From Botryllus schlosseri (lineage: Eukaryota): a stretch of DNA of 64,000 nucleotides. The notes below the pieces were generated by a model, which did no database searches, was not told where the DNA came from, and saw only the letters and a program-made list of their open reading frames with translations. Position numbers and translations under genes: made by a program. The stretch lies in contig CM119372.1 in assembly GCA_051294905.1 (NCBI GenBank), positions 35,900,001-35,964,000 on the forward strand. The letters are read 5' to 3'. Positions 52,530-64,000 of this stretch are shown piece by piece; the first letter of the stretch is position 1; every line of letters starts with the position of its first letter.

Positions 52530-52760
52530 CCTACATTGCCACATCATCCGCCCATTGCCGCACCTATAGCACACCTATTGCCACATCATCCGCCCATTGC
52601 CGCACCTATAGCACACCTATTGCCACATCATCCACCCATTGCCGCACCTATAGCACAGTGCACACCCATTGCCACATCATCTGCGCAACATCATCAAGTG
52701 CCACGCCTATAGTGCCACATCATCCATTGCCACATCATCACCGCATTGATTGCCGCATCT
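52530..52760 (+). repeat. ~42-bp minisatellite
   Basis: ATTGCCACATCATCCGCCCATTGCCGCACCTATAGCACACCT x3 plus degenerate units. Confidence 0.9.
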
Positions 52761-53583
52761 ATACGGTGCACAGCAGCCCATCAACCAGCGCGATGTCGAT
52801 TGCTGCACCTATGTCACTCATTGCCACATCAAAACTTACCTTAGCTAGAATCGAACCTGGTTTGGTTGGGTATAATTTCATGTCGCTCACCACCAGGCTA
52901 TTGAGCAAACTAGCCGTATTGAGCTGTTTTGAGAATATAACCGCCGATTCTCTCTTAAATTCCGAGACAACACCTTTTTCGAGTAATAACACATAAATGT
53001 AAGACTATGTTTGTGTGTACTATAACAACTGTGTCATCATTAATTAGTCAATGATTTTGAGGAATTCTGCGAATGCAACTTGATAATGCAGATATCGCCA
53101 CCATAAATGTCTACATTGACGCGAAAGCTCACGCGCATATTGCCGAATACTATTCCAAGAAATTGACGCGTGTAAATATGACACGAATATAGTTGCTTAC
53201 GATTCCAAGAAGTCGGGCCACATCGACAATATGAATTAGAACATTCTAAATATAGTTGCGATTCCAAGAAGTCGGGCCACATCGATAATGGGAATTAGAA
53301 CATTCTAAATATAGTTGCGTTTCCAAGAAAACGCCGCGCTGGCGTTACGAATTAGAATGTTTAGTTCCGACGTAAAGCAATTCGCATTCTGAAAACTTCA
53401 CATTTCTATTACAAGTATTGCCATGTGCGCAGGGATGCAGGTATCACAGATGAGGTAAGACCAATGTATTTTCGTGTCAATTTAAACTCAATTTAGCTAT
53501 AATTTCTCGATGCAGCATTAGCTTACGCGAATTGTGAACGCAGATTGAATTACGTTGAGATTTCTCCAATAGCTAATAACGTA

Positions 53584-54570
53584 ATAATGAGTTCTGTGCG
53601 CGGCTATAATGTCAACCAGCAATATAGCCGAAGTCGCATAAATTTGAATGTATATGCAAGTTCTTTGTTAAGGGTAGACTATCTGGCCTCGCTTAATACT
53701 CGAATCTCGCTGTGGTTACAAATTCGCCATGCTAATGCACTGATTTTGAAGCTAAAACATCCTATTTCATGCAGCCAAGAAGACTAGCACCGCGAGCCCG
53801 GAACTAGTTACAAGCATATAATGACAAGGCAGATTACGCAACACTAAAGGTGGGCTATTTCATTTCTTGACTATATTGAAAATCGACAGCGTACCGCGTA
53901 TAGCTATAATATAATAATGAGTTCTGTGCGCGGCTATAATGTTAACCGGCAATATAGCCGAAGTCGCATAAATTTGAATGTATATGCAAGTTCTCTGTTA
54001 AGGGTAGACTATCTAGCCTCGCTTAATACTCGAATCTCGCTGTGGTTACAAATTCGGCATGCTAATGCATTGAGTTTGAAGCTAAAACATCCTATTTCAT
54101 GCAGCCAAGAAGACTAGCATCGCAAGCCCGGAACTAGTTACAAGCATATAATGACAAGGCAGATTACGCAACACTAAAGGTGGGCTATTTCATTTCTTGA
54201 CTATATTGAAAATCGACAGCGTACCGCGTATAGCTATAATTTTCCCGATGCAGCAATGCACTTCAGATTAAGATATATATATATATATTTGAATGTATAT
54301 GCAAGTTCTCTGTTAAGGGTAGACTATCTAGCCTCGCTTAATACTCGAATCTCGCTGTGGCTACAAATTCGGCATGCTAAAACATCCTATTTCATGCAGC
54401 CAAGAAGACTAGCACCGCAAGCCCGGAACTAGTTACAAGCATATAATGACAAGGCAGATTACGCAACACTAAAGGTGGGCTATTTCATTTCTTGACTATA
54501 TTGAAAATCGACAGCGTACCGCGTATAGCTATAATTTTTTCGATGCGGCAATGCACTTCAGATTAAGATA
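53584..54570 (+). repeat. ~330-bp tandem repeat, two full copies and one partial
   Basis: Near-identical units (same MSSVRGYNV...CSQED translation twice); third copy restarts after a (TA)n run. Confidence 0.92.
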
Positions 54571-55056
54571 TATATATATATATATTTACCTATTAGACTA
54601 CTTTGGTGGACAGTCCTGTTTTGAAGCAGTTGGGCGACAGTTATCGCCAACAGAAGGAGACAAGCTAGGCGTCTGAAAATAACTCGATTGGTTTTGGAAT
54701 ATCGATTCCGCGCTTTGTCACTGGTGATTTGCGGTTTATATCGCAGCGTTTAGAATATACACGAAATGTCCTCCAACTGCGGTCGCCCTAATTTTTCCCA
54801 ACTTTTTCAATATCTAATAGACCACTTTAGTGGACATTTGTTACTTAAGGAGACAATTCGCCATTTTGAATTACCAGACCATGACCATTGCTGTTACTGA
54901 ACTAAGGTGGACATTGACGTCGTATTATATGACAAGGTTCGGGAACCAGTTTCGTCAAAAGAGTCATTTACCAATGACAATCACTTTTGACGTCACTATT
55001 TGAAATCCACGACGTCATCCTTGTACGATATCGATGATCGCGATATATAATTCGCC

Positions 55057-55321
55057 GTTTGTTTGTTTTTTATTCATGGTGTTTTGACTAATTTCGTAGT
55101 TTTAGAGTATGCCTACATTCATTTTTTGATTCCGTATTCACCGACTTTTAGCACAGCCCACTCCTAGGCTTTTATAAATCACCGCTTACGCGGATCACAG
55201 GATGACGACGAGCCTAGATAAACCTCCAACACTTGGGTAGGAATTCTCGTGTCGTCCTCAGCCGGACTCGAACCAACAACCCATTGGTGTTGCAGCTGTG
55301 CATTATACCAATGACCACGCC
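55057..55321 (-). mobile_element. tRNA-derived SINE copy (3' fragment also at ~56600-56730, +)
   Basis: ggactcgaacc..cccattggtgttgcagc head and body match 31575-31850. Confidence 0.8.
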
Positions 55322-56219
55322 ATTTCACCACGCACATATTTGCGTTTGAAAACTGCTGTGAAAATACGGAACATGTGTCTTTATAAGAAGCTACAGTTGG
55401 CCATGCTGCAGATTAGATCACCAGTTTTTTACGGCTAGTATCCAAATCACTATGACATTCGTTGGCCAGCCGTGGCTACTCTGTCGCGATAGCAGATCCA
55501 AGTTCTAATTAGGTAATAAATATATTCGGTTTAATATAAGCAGCCCTAATATCCCTCGGAAGTATAACGTCTCATGGACCATACAGTCTACTAGCAGGTA
55601 TGAGGCAATTTTTCCCCTAAGGCACTGTACACTTTTTGATCCAATATTACCGAATAAAGACCACTTTAACATGTCTCTAAACCGATCTCAGACTCTCGCC
55701 ATGTTATAGCCGCGTCAAATTGTAAGGAGTTACCGTATAAACTTCGCTCCAAATTCATGTTTCTCTTAAAAACCCTACAGCAGATCACATTGAATCTTGA
55801 TTCGTGATAATCTTGGGCACTTGATAATTGCTAACTTCCATTTGTTTTAAGCCATACGCCAACTTGTTCACTGTTCAGTAATTCGGACCTCGAGCAATAC
55901 GGCTACGCCCCATGGTGAGCCATGGGTGCATCCTCCAGCCAATGCTGAAAGCGGCCAAAAAATCGTTCGATTCTACCAATGTCAACCTGCTAAATCACAC
56001 CAAGAAATGAAATAGTTCGAAGCATGCGATCGAAACCAATTTATCAAAACACATTCGCAACAAAATGTTGTGAAGAGAATGCAACGAAAATCATGAAACG
56101 AATTGTACATTTAAAATTGCCACCAGGTACTAAACGAAATTGCTCAATCGTAATCTACAGTCGTCAGTGCTAGAGATCACTGACGCTACGTGCTGAAAGT
56201 CTGATGTCATAGTCCATGA

Positions 56220-59200
56220 CTATTCGTGCATTTGTGACATCCCCTTATGCAGTGCAGAGCGGCATCTTTTTCTCTCATTGAAGATTTTGGTTTTAACCAT
56301 TTTTATCCTCTGCATGTCCGGTAAACCTTTCAGGATGTCACTGCTTTCCACAAATTCTCCAATTTCTTTGTACCCTAAAAAGACACGAGCATATTTCATT
56401 AAATCTATAATTTGGGCAACTAGCTGCATATAACTATTGTAAGGTTCAATGGTATTTCAACGACGACGGTCAGAAGAAATCATATAACATCGAAGGTTGG
56501 CCTAGCTCGGAAGTAGGATCCAAAGAAATCGATATCTTCACTGCCATGATCAATAACTAATAAATGTATATTACGCGAACACACAGCATCAATTTACATT
56601 CCCCCTCGCCATCTCATCCCTGTAAGCGGCGTCTTATAAAAGCCCAGAAGTGGGCCCTGCTAAAAGTCGGCAATTATGGGGGGAATGACCATAGTAGTCG
56701 ACAAACACCATGAATACCACAAACGAACAAACCCATTCCACTCTACCTGGCAAGCTGCCTTTGTTGCTGTCTCCTTCCTCATAAATTACATCCTTGAATC
56801 TGTTTAGGATTTCAGCTGTTTCTTCACGAGTCCATCTATGGCGCTCTTGACGCTCTTGAAACGAGAAACCAAGTTTAACCCTGGCAATTCTGGCAAATTT
56901 TCAATTGGGAAAGACGGCTTTTTCTTTCACAGACCGATGGCATCTGCAGTTGTAGCATTTTTTTGTTGTGTTGCATGATTGCTTGCTTCTTTAATAAATC
57001 GAATTTGAGGAGCCGTAATTTTCCACTTAAAGCCAGAGCTTCTTTGACTTCATCTTCCTCAGGATGCTTATTTATTAAATGTCGGTTAAGTTTCGTTTGG
57101 AACTTCTTGCAGTAAAGGCATGGCCTTGCCGTTTTTTTCTTCGGCCTTGCCCGCTTTTTCTTTATCCTTGAAGTCACAGCTTTCTTCTTTGGCGTTGAGG
57201 TTTCCAGGTCTGTCCACTCACAATCAGAACCATCTGGAGCCCACGTTGATGACTGTGAGCCACATGAGATATCCATGGCTGCCTCATTATTGCTGTTGAT
57301 ATTGGTGTCGCAACAGTCTGAAGTGGATGACTTTTGCTGAGATGTTGCGGGTTACCGGGTTTTCTCTTCTTCCCTGCCATCATCGCTACTGAAACTGTCC
57401 GTAGTCGAAGATGAAGACTGTGGCTCATATTCCGAAGCTTCACTGATACATGACTCCTCAAAGTCTTCGTCTAGTTCCTCGTGCGCATCTGGGTCCATTT
57501 CATAATCTGAAAAATGATGCCTTAGGTATTTATTCATTTCCTGCGGGATAGAGGAGTTCTGTGTGTAACGTTTCACTAATCCTACCGACCATGTACAATG
57601 TACATTGTACCTATATGCTAGAACGATAAATGTATTGGAATAGTAATACCACTACGAATTAATAAATTGTCATCAATATATTTTGGTACTGTTGAATATG
57701 AGAATATTAGGTTGAACACTTATGTTGAAAATGAAATGTGGCAAAATATTGTAAACTCACCCTCTTCATGTCCACTGGGTCCAGCCTCTCCGTCGTTATA
57801 TTGACGATCGAGTGATTTTAGTCTTTTATTCATAGGAGGTGTTTCACATGAGCCACCTCTATCATTCTGCATCTCATTTTGACTGATGATATGTAGCGAA
57901 GATCCAAGCCTCTTCCGGGCATTGACATCATCTTCATTATCAACAGTATCTGAAAGATGCTTGTTCCGATTAGCTGTGATGAAACGAATTTGCGTAGGTT
58001 AGACTATCGTGTTGCATGTATCATGTATCGTGTTGTCTGTCATTTTAGATTCAAGAGTGACTGATGCGTCGCATTTGAATAGATAGTTTTGGTAAAAGGA
58101 GTGCCCATACTGTATTTAACATTAACAGTGAGTAACTGGTACGCTACATGCAGATGTATGTGATGCTGTAGACAATTTTACAATCATATAAATGTATCGT
58201 ATCATTTTGAGATGTTGGTTGAGTTCACTCGAAGGTGTCAAATTAAATAATTCTCGAGTAGCGTGCAATCGCCCATAACATGATACCTTCCTTACAAGGT
58301 AATCAATCTTCGAAAATTTAGTCGCTGATGATGACCGAGAAATGACTGCGAGATAATTCACATTATAGTGCGCACACCTCACCGTATTTGCCATTATATT
58401 ACTGGAGATTGTTGGACCAGCGTGAACTCAAAGGTGGTGTGGACACTCGGAAAACCACGTGACTGTCAGGCCCAGATACCTTTGACGACTTTGTTATTGT
58501 CGATCCGTCTGCAACAGTAATTAAAGGCAAAGTCGCTATTGCTCTTCGTTGATTTTAACTATGTTCCATATCGATTTGGGTGACATAATTTCGTATGGTA
58601 TATTTTGATGCTGTCATCTTGCGCTGTACCAATTTTGAAGACTATGGCTATATGACTAGCATAGTAATTTCGCTGTCGAAGTCGAGTATCTAGTAAATTA
58701 GCGCGCGCCGATATAATGTCGACCAGCGCACGCAGACCCTGGATACGCGAATTTGATAACGTACTTACTACTGTAATTATAGAGTCACACCCTTGAAACT
58801 TGGTTAAGTATTAGATTCCTTCATCAAGATATACAATATGAATTTGATTATCCATAGCCGTATGAAATATATTTAAATTGTACACATACCAATACTGGCT
58901 TTTGCAGTAAAATCTGCTATGCGGCAGGCTGAATGCCAAATCAGCGCGCACCCTGACATACGCGACTTTAATCACGAAATTGCTACCGTAATAATTGAGT
59001 CACAGCCTTAAATCTCGATACAGTGCTAGATGTCTCCATCAGAATATACAATACGATATTTGTTATCCCCCGCGGGATAAAACACATTCAAAACCTACAT
59101 ATAGCATTATAGCAATTTCGGCTTTTGTGAAAAATCTATCATGCGGTAGCCTAGATGGCAGGTCAACGATGTACTTGATATACTCGACTATCATAACGAA

Positions 59201-60790
59201 ATTACTATCCTGATCACCGAGTCACACCCTCAAAAATTGGTTCAGTGTAAGATGCAATCACCTGACCTTCAGCCTACCGCATAACTGATTTTTCACGAAA
59301 AACAGTATTGGTATGTGTACATTTTGATTGTTTCCTATATGGCAAAATTTCGGATTGTATATCTTCATGATGGCATCTAACATTGTATGAAGATTTAAGG
59401 CTGTGACCCAATAATTAAAGTAGTAAGTACGTTATCAAAGTCGACCATATATTGGCGCGGGCTGATTACTAGATGCTCGACTTTGACAGCGAAATTACTG
59501 CGCTAGTCATAAAGTCATAGTCTTGAAACTTGGTAAGATGACAGCATCAAAATATACCATACGAAATGATGTTCCCCAAATCGATATGAAACATAGTTAA
59601 AATCAACGAAGAGCAATAGCGACTTTGCCTTTAATTACTGTTGCAGACGGATCGACAATAACAAAGTCGTCAAAGGTTGGACTAGGTTCGTGGACTAGGT
59701 TCTATTACGGACTTGAAAAAATTCTATTGTTTGCGAATAACGGGTTTGATAGAGTATAACCGCATCATACATGGGCTGTATAATTGAGTATTCAAGTGCT
59801 CAACTGAGGCGTTGATTTTGAGGTAACATTTTTGATTGATGTAACTGGTCCGCCCCGCGAGCGATTTGAAGGTCTGAATCCGACCGGCGAAGCAATTCGA
59901 GTTTGACACCCCTGGCTCATGGTACACGGTAGTAATAAGGGAGCGAACACATCACGTAATATCCTTGTCAGCAAACCGTAAACATATTGCACAATGTACA
60001 TTGTACGTGGATAACAACGCTATTTGATGAAATATACCATATCATCGATCATCGAAACATTGCGAAACATTACTCCTCATCAAATTGACTCAATTGATAA
60101 TAGACATAATGATGAATGGTTCGTTTTCAAAACTTGGCGTCAGCATTGGAATTATTTCGGGCTCGAATCAATAATTTAAAACTTTGTATCATTGCTCTGT
60201 TCGAATAGTAAATTAACTGAAATGTGGTATAGACATTTGATAGTTGAGTAAAGAGTAGAGATAATACTTCCAGTTTCGACTTCAACATAGATATAGGCCT
60301 ACTGTAGGCCTGCTTCAAGCGAAACAACTAATATTATGCTACTCGTGTAAGAAGCTGTATGATCATATCAGTAAACTGAATCATTCATGATGGTACAGGG
60401 AAGAAACATACCAACACTATGCATAATTGTATACGCACATGACACACATTTTACATAAATTACGATGACCGAAACACATGGCGTATAGTCCCTATGTCTC
60501 AGAAAGCCCAACGAACGAGCCGTACCTTGATGTATTTGTCAAATGTAAATTTGCGATTATAATTTAATCGAAAGATTGTTATACCACCTTTCTGTTGTCC
60601 TTTAATACCCTCTAGACTATTTCCACTTGTTCAATATATAATTAGGAACCACTGATATATTGAAATACATGTAATCATACGGAAGTACATGGTACGTACC
60701 TTTGTCAGAAGAGGCATATCTTCCGAGCTTTATTGGCTTAGGATCAAATGCTTCGTTGTCGCAGTCAGAGTCGGTTAGTATATCCATCAT
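56220..60790 (-). pseudogene. Six-exon antisense gene with zinc-finger-like and C-terminal Myb/SANT-like motifs, centrally deleted
   Basis: Exons 60790-60700, 57949-57761, 57506-57356, 57292-56875, 56854-56747, 56374-56220; four GT-AG introns with matching phases; the exon 4/5 join is a stop plus a bare acceptor; RPCLYCKKFQTKLNRHLINKHPEEDEV; RWTREETAEILNRF...LPG...VKTKIFNER. Confidence 0.75.
58478..59677. mobile_element. Long inverted-repeat (foldback) insertion
   Basis: ACCTTTGACGACTTTGTTATTGTCGATCCG... and its near-perfect reverse complement ending at 59677; similarity continues about 300 bp inward. Confidence 0.85.
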
Positions 60791-61011
60791 ATAGTCAGAC
60801 TAGTCAAACCTAATTCTAAACAGATGCGTGTATGAATATTCTGCTTGATACCGAAGAGAACGCACCGCCTGAAATCCAGCAAAGCTAACACAACATTCGC
60901 CTGTACTCGGAGACACGTCTAGATCTCGAATTCAAGGGCACTCAATTTGTGAGAGCGTCGCGAGAAAACGTAGTGATATGATCCACAGTTGCGATACCAG
61001 CCAGTTGCGGT

Positions 61012-61575
61012 TTCGAACCTCCTTAATTACCTTGGCGCATGATGAGATAATCATCATTGTAAACGAGGTATTGCATGCGACATTATGTGATTTATTAGGC
61101 TCCAGGCTCCACCTATGTCTGCAGGCCTGTGCTTCAAATCCCGCATTAATCATAAATGTACGTATGTGCTTGTGCACTCGTACTGTACATTTACAAGTAG
61201 AAATGTACGTGAGACAATAGCATTTCATTATGATATCTCTAGATATTACCATCCCGGCCACTTACAAAGTATTTGTCTCCGCCAAATCAACTAACGGTTT
61301 CGATTCGCCCATATGACTTCCTTTGGTAATAACCCTGCCCGATCAATTATAATTACAATTATCAACATGGCCAAAGCGCCAAACCCTGTATAAACTAATC
61401 CCAACCTATCTTAATTTCGAATTGCGAACCTCCTTGATTACATTGGCGTTTAATGGGGTCATCATCATTGTAAACGAGGTATTGCATGGCATGCGACGTA
61501 ATATGATTGAATAGGCTCCAGGCTCCGCCTATGCCTGCAGGACTGTGCTTCAAGTCCCGCACTGATCATAAATGG
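61012..61575 (+). repeat. ~150-bp direct duplication
   Basis: cgaacctcctt..attac...gtaaacgaggtattgcatg...aggctccaggctcc...atcataaatg at ~61014-61158 and ~61425-61574. Confidence 0.8.
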
Positions 61576-64000
61576 ACTGTACGTACGTACACTAGGGCTG
61601 TTCAAAAATAAAGTAAAATTTCGGATTCCAGCCATTGACTTATTAAATTGTCAGGTTACCCTAAGAACACTGCACACCAAAGTTGGTTCAATTCTAACAA
61701 GTAAAGGACTCCGCAGATCAAATTAAAAATTTTAATTTATTAGGTGAAATTTTGAAAAAGAATTCGAATTTTTCTGCCAACCCCATGAAATTGTTTAGCT
61801 GTCTTCAAAGACGATGCAAACCAAATTTGACTCAATTCCGACCAGTAGAAGCGGAGTTATGTGAGTTTTTCGATTATAATCCTCGGATTATCCTGGATCG
61901 GTGGATCATCCGAGAAGTTCACGTTTTTCATAGGCGGCCTTTTCGAGGTTCCGTCTCGGTCGTTCACACCACTGGGCCACACGAGGTACCGCTGCGTTCG
62001 TCTTCGGGCCCCGCGTAGACCGATACCCGATACGATCGTATCGGACTTTCAGCCGACTCGGGATCGGCCTTCAAAAAACAGTGTATAGCGCTTTTTTCAC
62101 AGTTTTTTTAATCACCGATTTCTCGCCAACCGAATATCGTAGCCGGATAAATTTGGTACCGGCAGACGCGTAATTCGATTAAGATTCCAACGATACCCGG
62201 GAAATGGGGCTGAGACGCGTAGAAAAAAGTTTTCTTCCAAAAACCCGTGATGGTACGCCAATACGGGTTACGCAGTAGGTTTTTCGATCGGTCGGTATCA
62301 GAACATAGATCGAAATACCGATCGACAACCGCTGGTCTTAGGGGTTCGACAGAGTTATCCCCGTTTTCCTCTCGTCGAACTGAACGCGATGATATCCGAT
62401 TCAACGGCTTGGACACGGGGTTGGCCCGGTATTGGCGTCTGAAAAGTCGGTTTTTGTCTCCCAAAGGCTACCGAATTCGCAGAATATACAGATCGATCAG
62501 TAGCTTAGGAATAGCCTACTTTTATCACAAAAAATTTAACATGCCGCCTTTCTTACAGAGATAGGCACAATTCACAATGTTGAATTAGGTCGATGACTTT
62601 TGTATTGTATACGTACGCGCGACCAATTGCGTGCCATCAACTGGTAAGGTCTCATGTCCGCTGTCATCGAGTGATTGAAAGATTAGTTTCAGCGTATTAG
62701 CAGGTTATTGTAAATGGACGTTACTTTGGACGATGGACTAGCAGATGATGTAGAATGATGCAGAAGATGTATTGGCACCTCATGGCCCTAAAGTTTCATG
62801 ACAAGTATATCAGCATGAATCCTTAACACGAATCTTATATGAAAAGTTAAAGACGCAAACATGCGTGATGGAGTTACTTCCCAATCAGTGTTTTCATCGA
62901 ACGATTCGTTCTGTGTATTGAAGAGTATTCTACATAGCTGCTGAATTCTGCGTACAATAGCGTACAAATTTGGATCGCCACGCTGACTCCTTTTCCATGA
63001 CAAAAAGTGAGTATTCAGTATAGAATGCATTTCCCTTCTGTTGTAAGTATTATATTTCGTTAACTACGTCACGCGGAAGGGTAAGTACTGGACAGAACAG
63101 TCGCCAAACGGAGGCTGCGTCCTGTGATGTTTCCCTCACTAATTCAATCCGTGCCGTGGTAGATTTTCACTGCGTAACGTGCTTTCTGACAGATTATTAA
63201 ACGTCTATGTGAGTAGCAACGGATTTAGAATCGTCCTTGAAAAGGTGTTCACAGAACTCAATTAGTAAAATGTCGACTTCACGCTCAATATATCTGGGAA
63301 TAGGCCTACTTTTATCGCGTAACGTTAACTTTATATTGTTTCCCGATTAATTTCAAATAATTCAACTAGCTAGATACTTTCTAAATATTGATAAATCGTA
63401 TATATACGCTGTGTGAGTGAGCACATAGTTACGATAACATCTGCCTTTTCGTTTCATTGATTCAAAATCAAGTGTGTGGCCTATGATAAAGCTCCATCTT
63501 GATGAAGCAACCTATCATGTTGCATTTTTGTTTTGAAATTTACTGGAGTTGTGTATAATCTTCAAACGTATGTACTGTGCATGGAGCTAACAATTTGGCA
63601 TTAGATCGCTGCCTTGTTTTTCAGCCACTGCAAACAATCGAGACGTCAAGATAGCTGGGAAGACACTTAAATGAATTTGCCGTCAAGCAATTCTGATCAA
63701 AGTGCCTGCGGTCTCCCTAGTCTGCCATAATGATCAACGATGATGACGTGACGGTCTGATCACTTAAACATCAGACTGTCAATGTCAATATATGTATTGT
63801 TGCCTTGGCTTGAACGGACGGGGCCGTAATTGATAGCCGAATCTGACTGCTTCTTACCGTGTGTTAATATAAGGAAAATAGAATATCTGTACCCATGTCT
63901 TAGTTAGTGCAACGCATATAATGTAAGATTATCGGTTGTAAGCCTAGATTATACCGAGCGTTGTAACCAGCGCATTGTGCGAAACCGACACTCTGGGTAT

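Larger units (their letters stand above)
54585..64000 (-). mobile_element. Large (TA)n-inserted element with a spliced gene (Crypton-like?), runs off the window
   Basis: Terminus TTTACCTATTAGACTACTTTGG after (TA)n shared with 33562; internal homology to 35970-36390; contains the gene at 56220-60790. Confidence 0.55.

Noticed and set aside
52425..52996. His/Pro-rich repeat ORFs
   Set aside because: By-product of the 42-bp minisatellite
53790..53830. GAGCCCGGA (EPG) as GPx exon 4
   Set aside because: No AG acceptor in phase, following residues are not GPx-like, and it lies in the 330-bp tandem repeat

Overview
Eukaryotic, AT-rich, intron-containing and transposon-dense genomic DNA, probably from a marine invertebrate such as a tunicate (inference from gene and repeat content). 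No prokaryotic features or CRISPR arrays. Host genes reconstructed by hand from splice sites and exon phase: (1) the last three exons of a single-pass membrane protein (703-5104, +); (2) an intronless orphan 7-TM protein (17485-18474, -); (3) the 5' exons of a GPx4/PHGPx-type glutathione peroxidase with an in-frame TGA at the catalytic selenocysteine position (48838-52217, +), which the ORF track misses. The intron after GPx exon 3 runs past the window end. It holds a large (TA)n-inserted element carrying an antisense six-exon gene that resembles Crypton/tyrosine-recombinase-associated proteins with the middle deleted; a second, apparently inverted copy starts at 33562. The rest is nested TEs: Penelope with a 5' inversion, many hAT MITEs with 8-bp TSDs, Chapaev3, Merlin/Mutator-like foldbacks, a CR1/L2-group LINE 3' end, a tRNA-derived SINE and a DUF4806-like pseudogene. 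Family names come from remembered motifs, not database searches.
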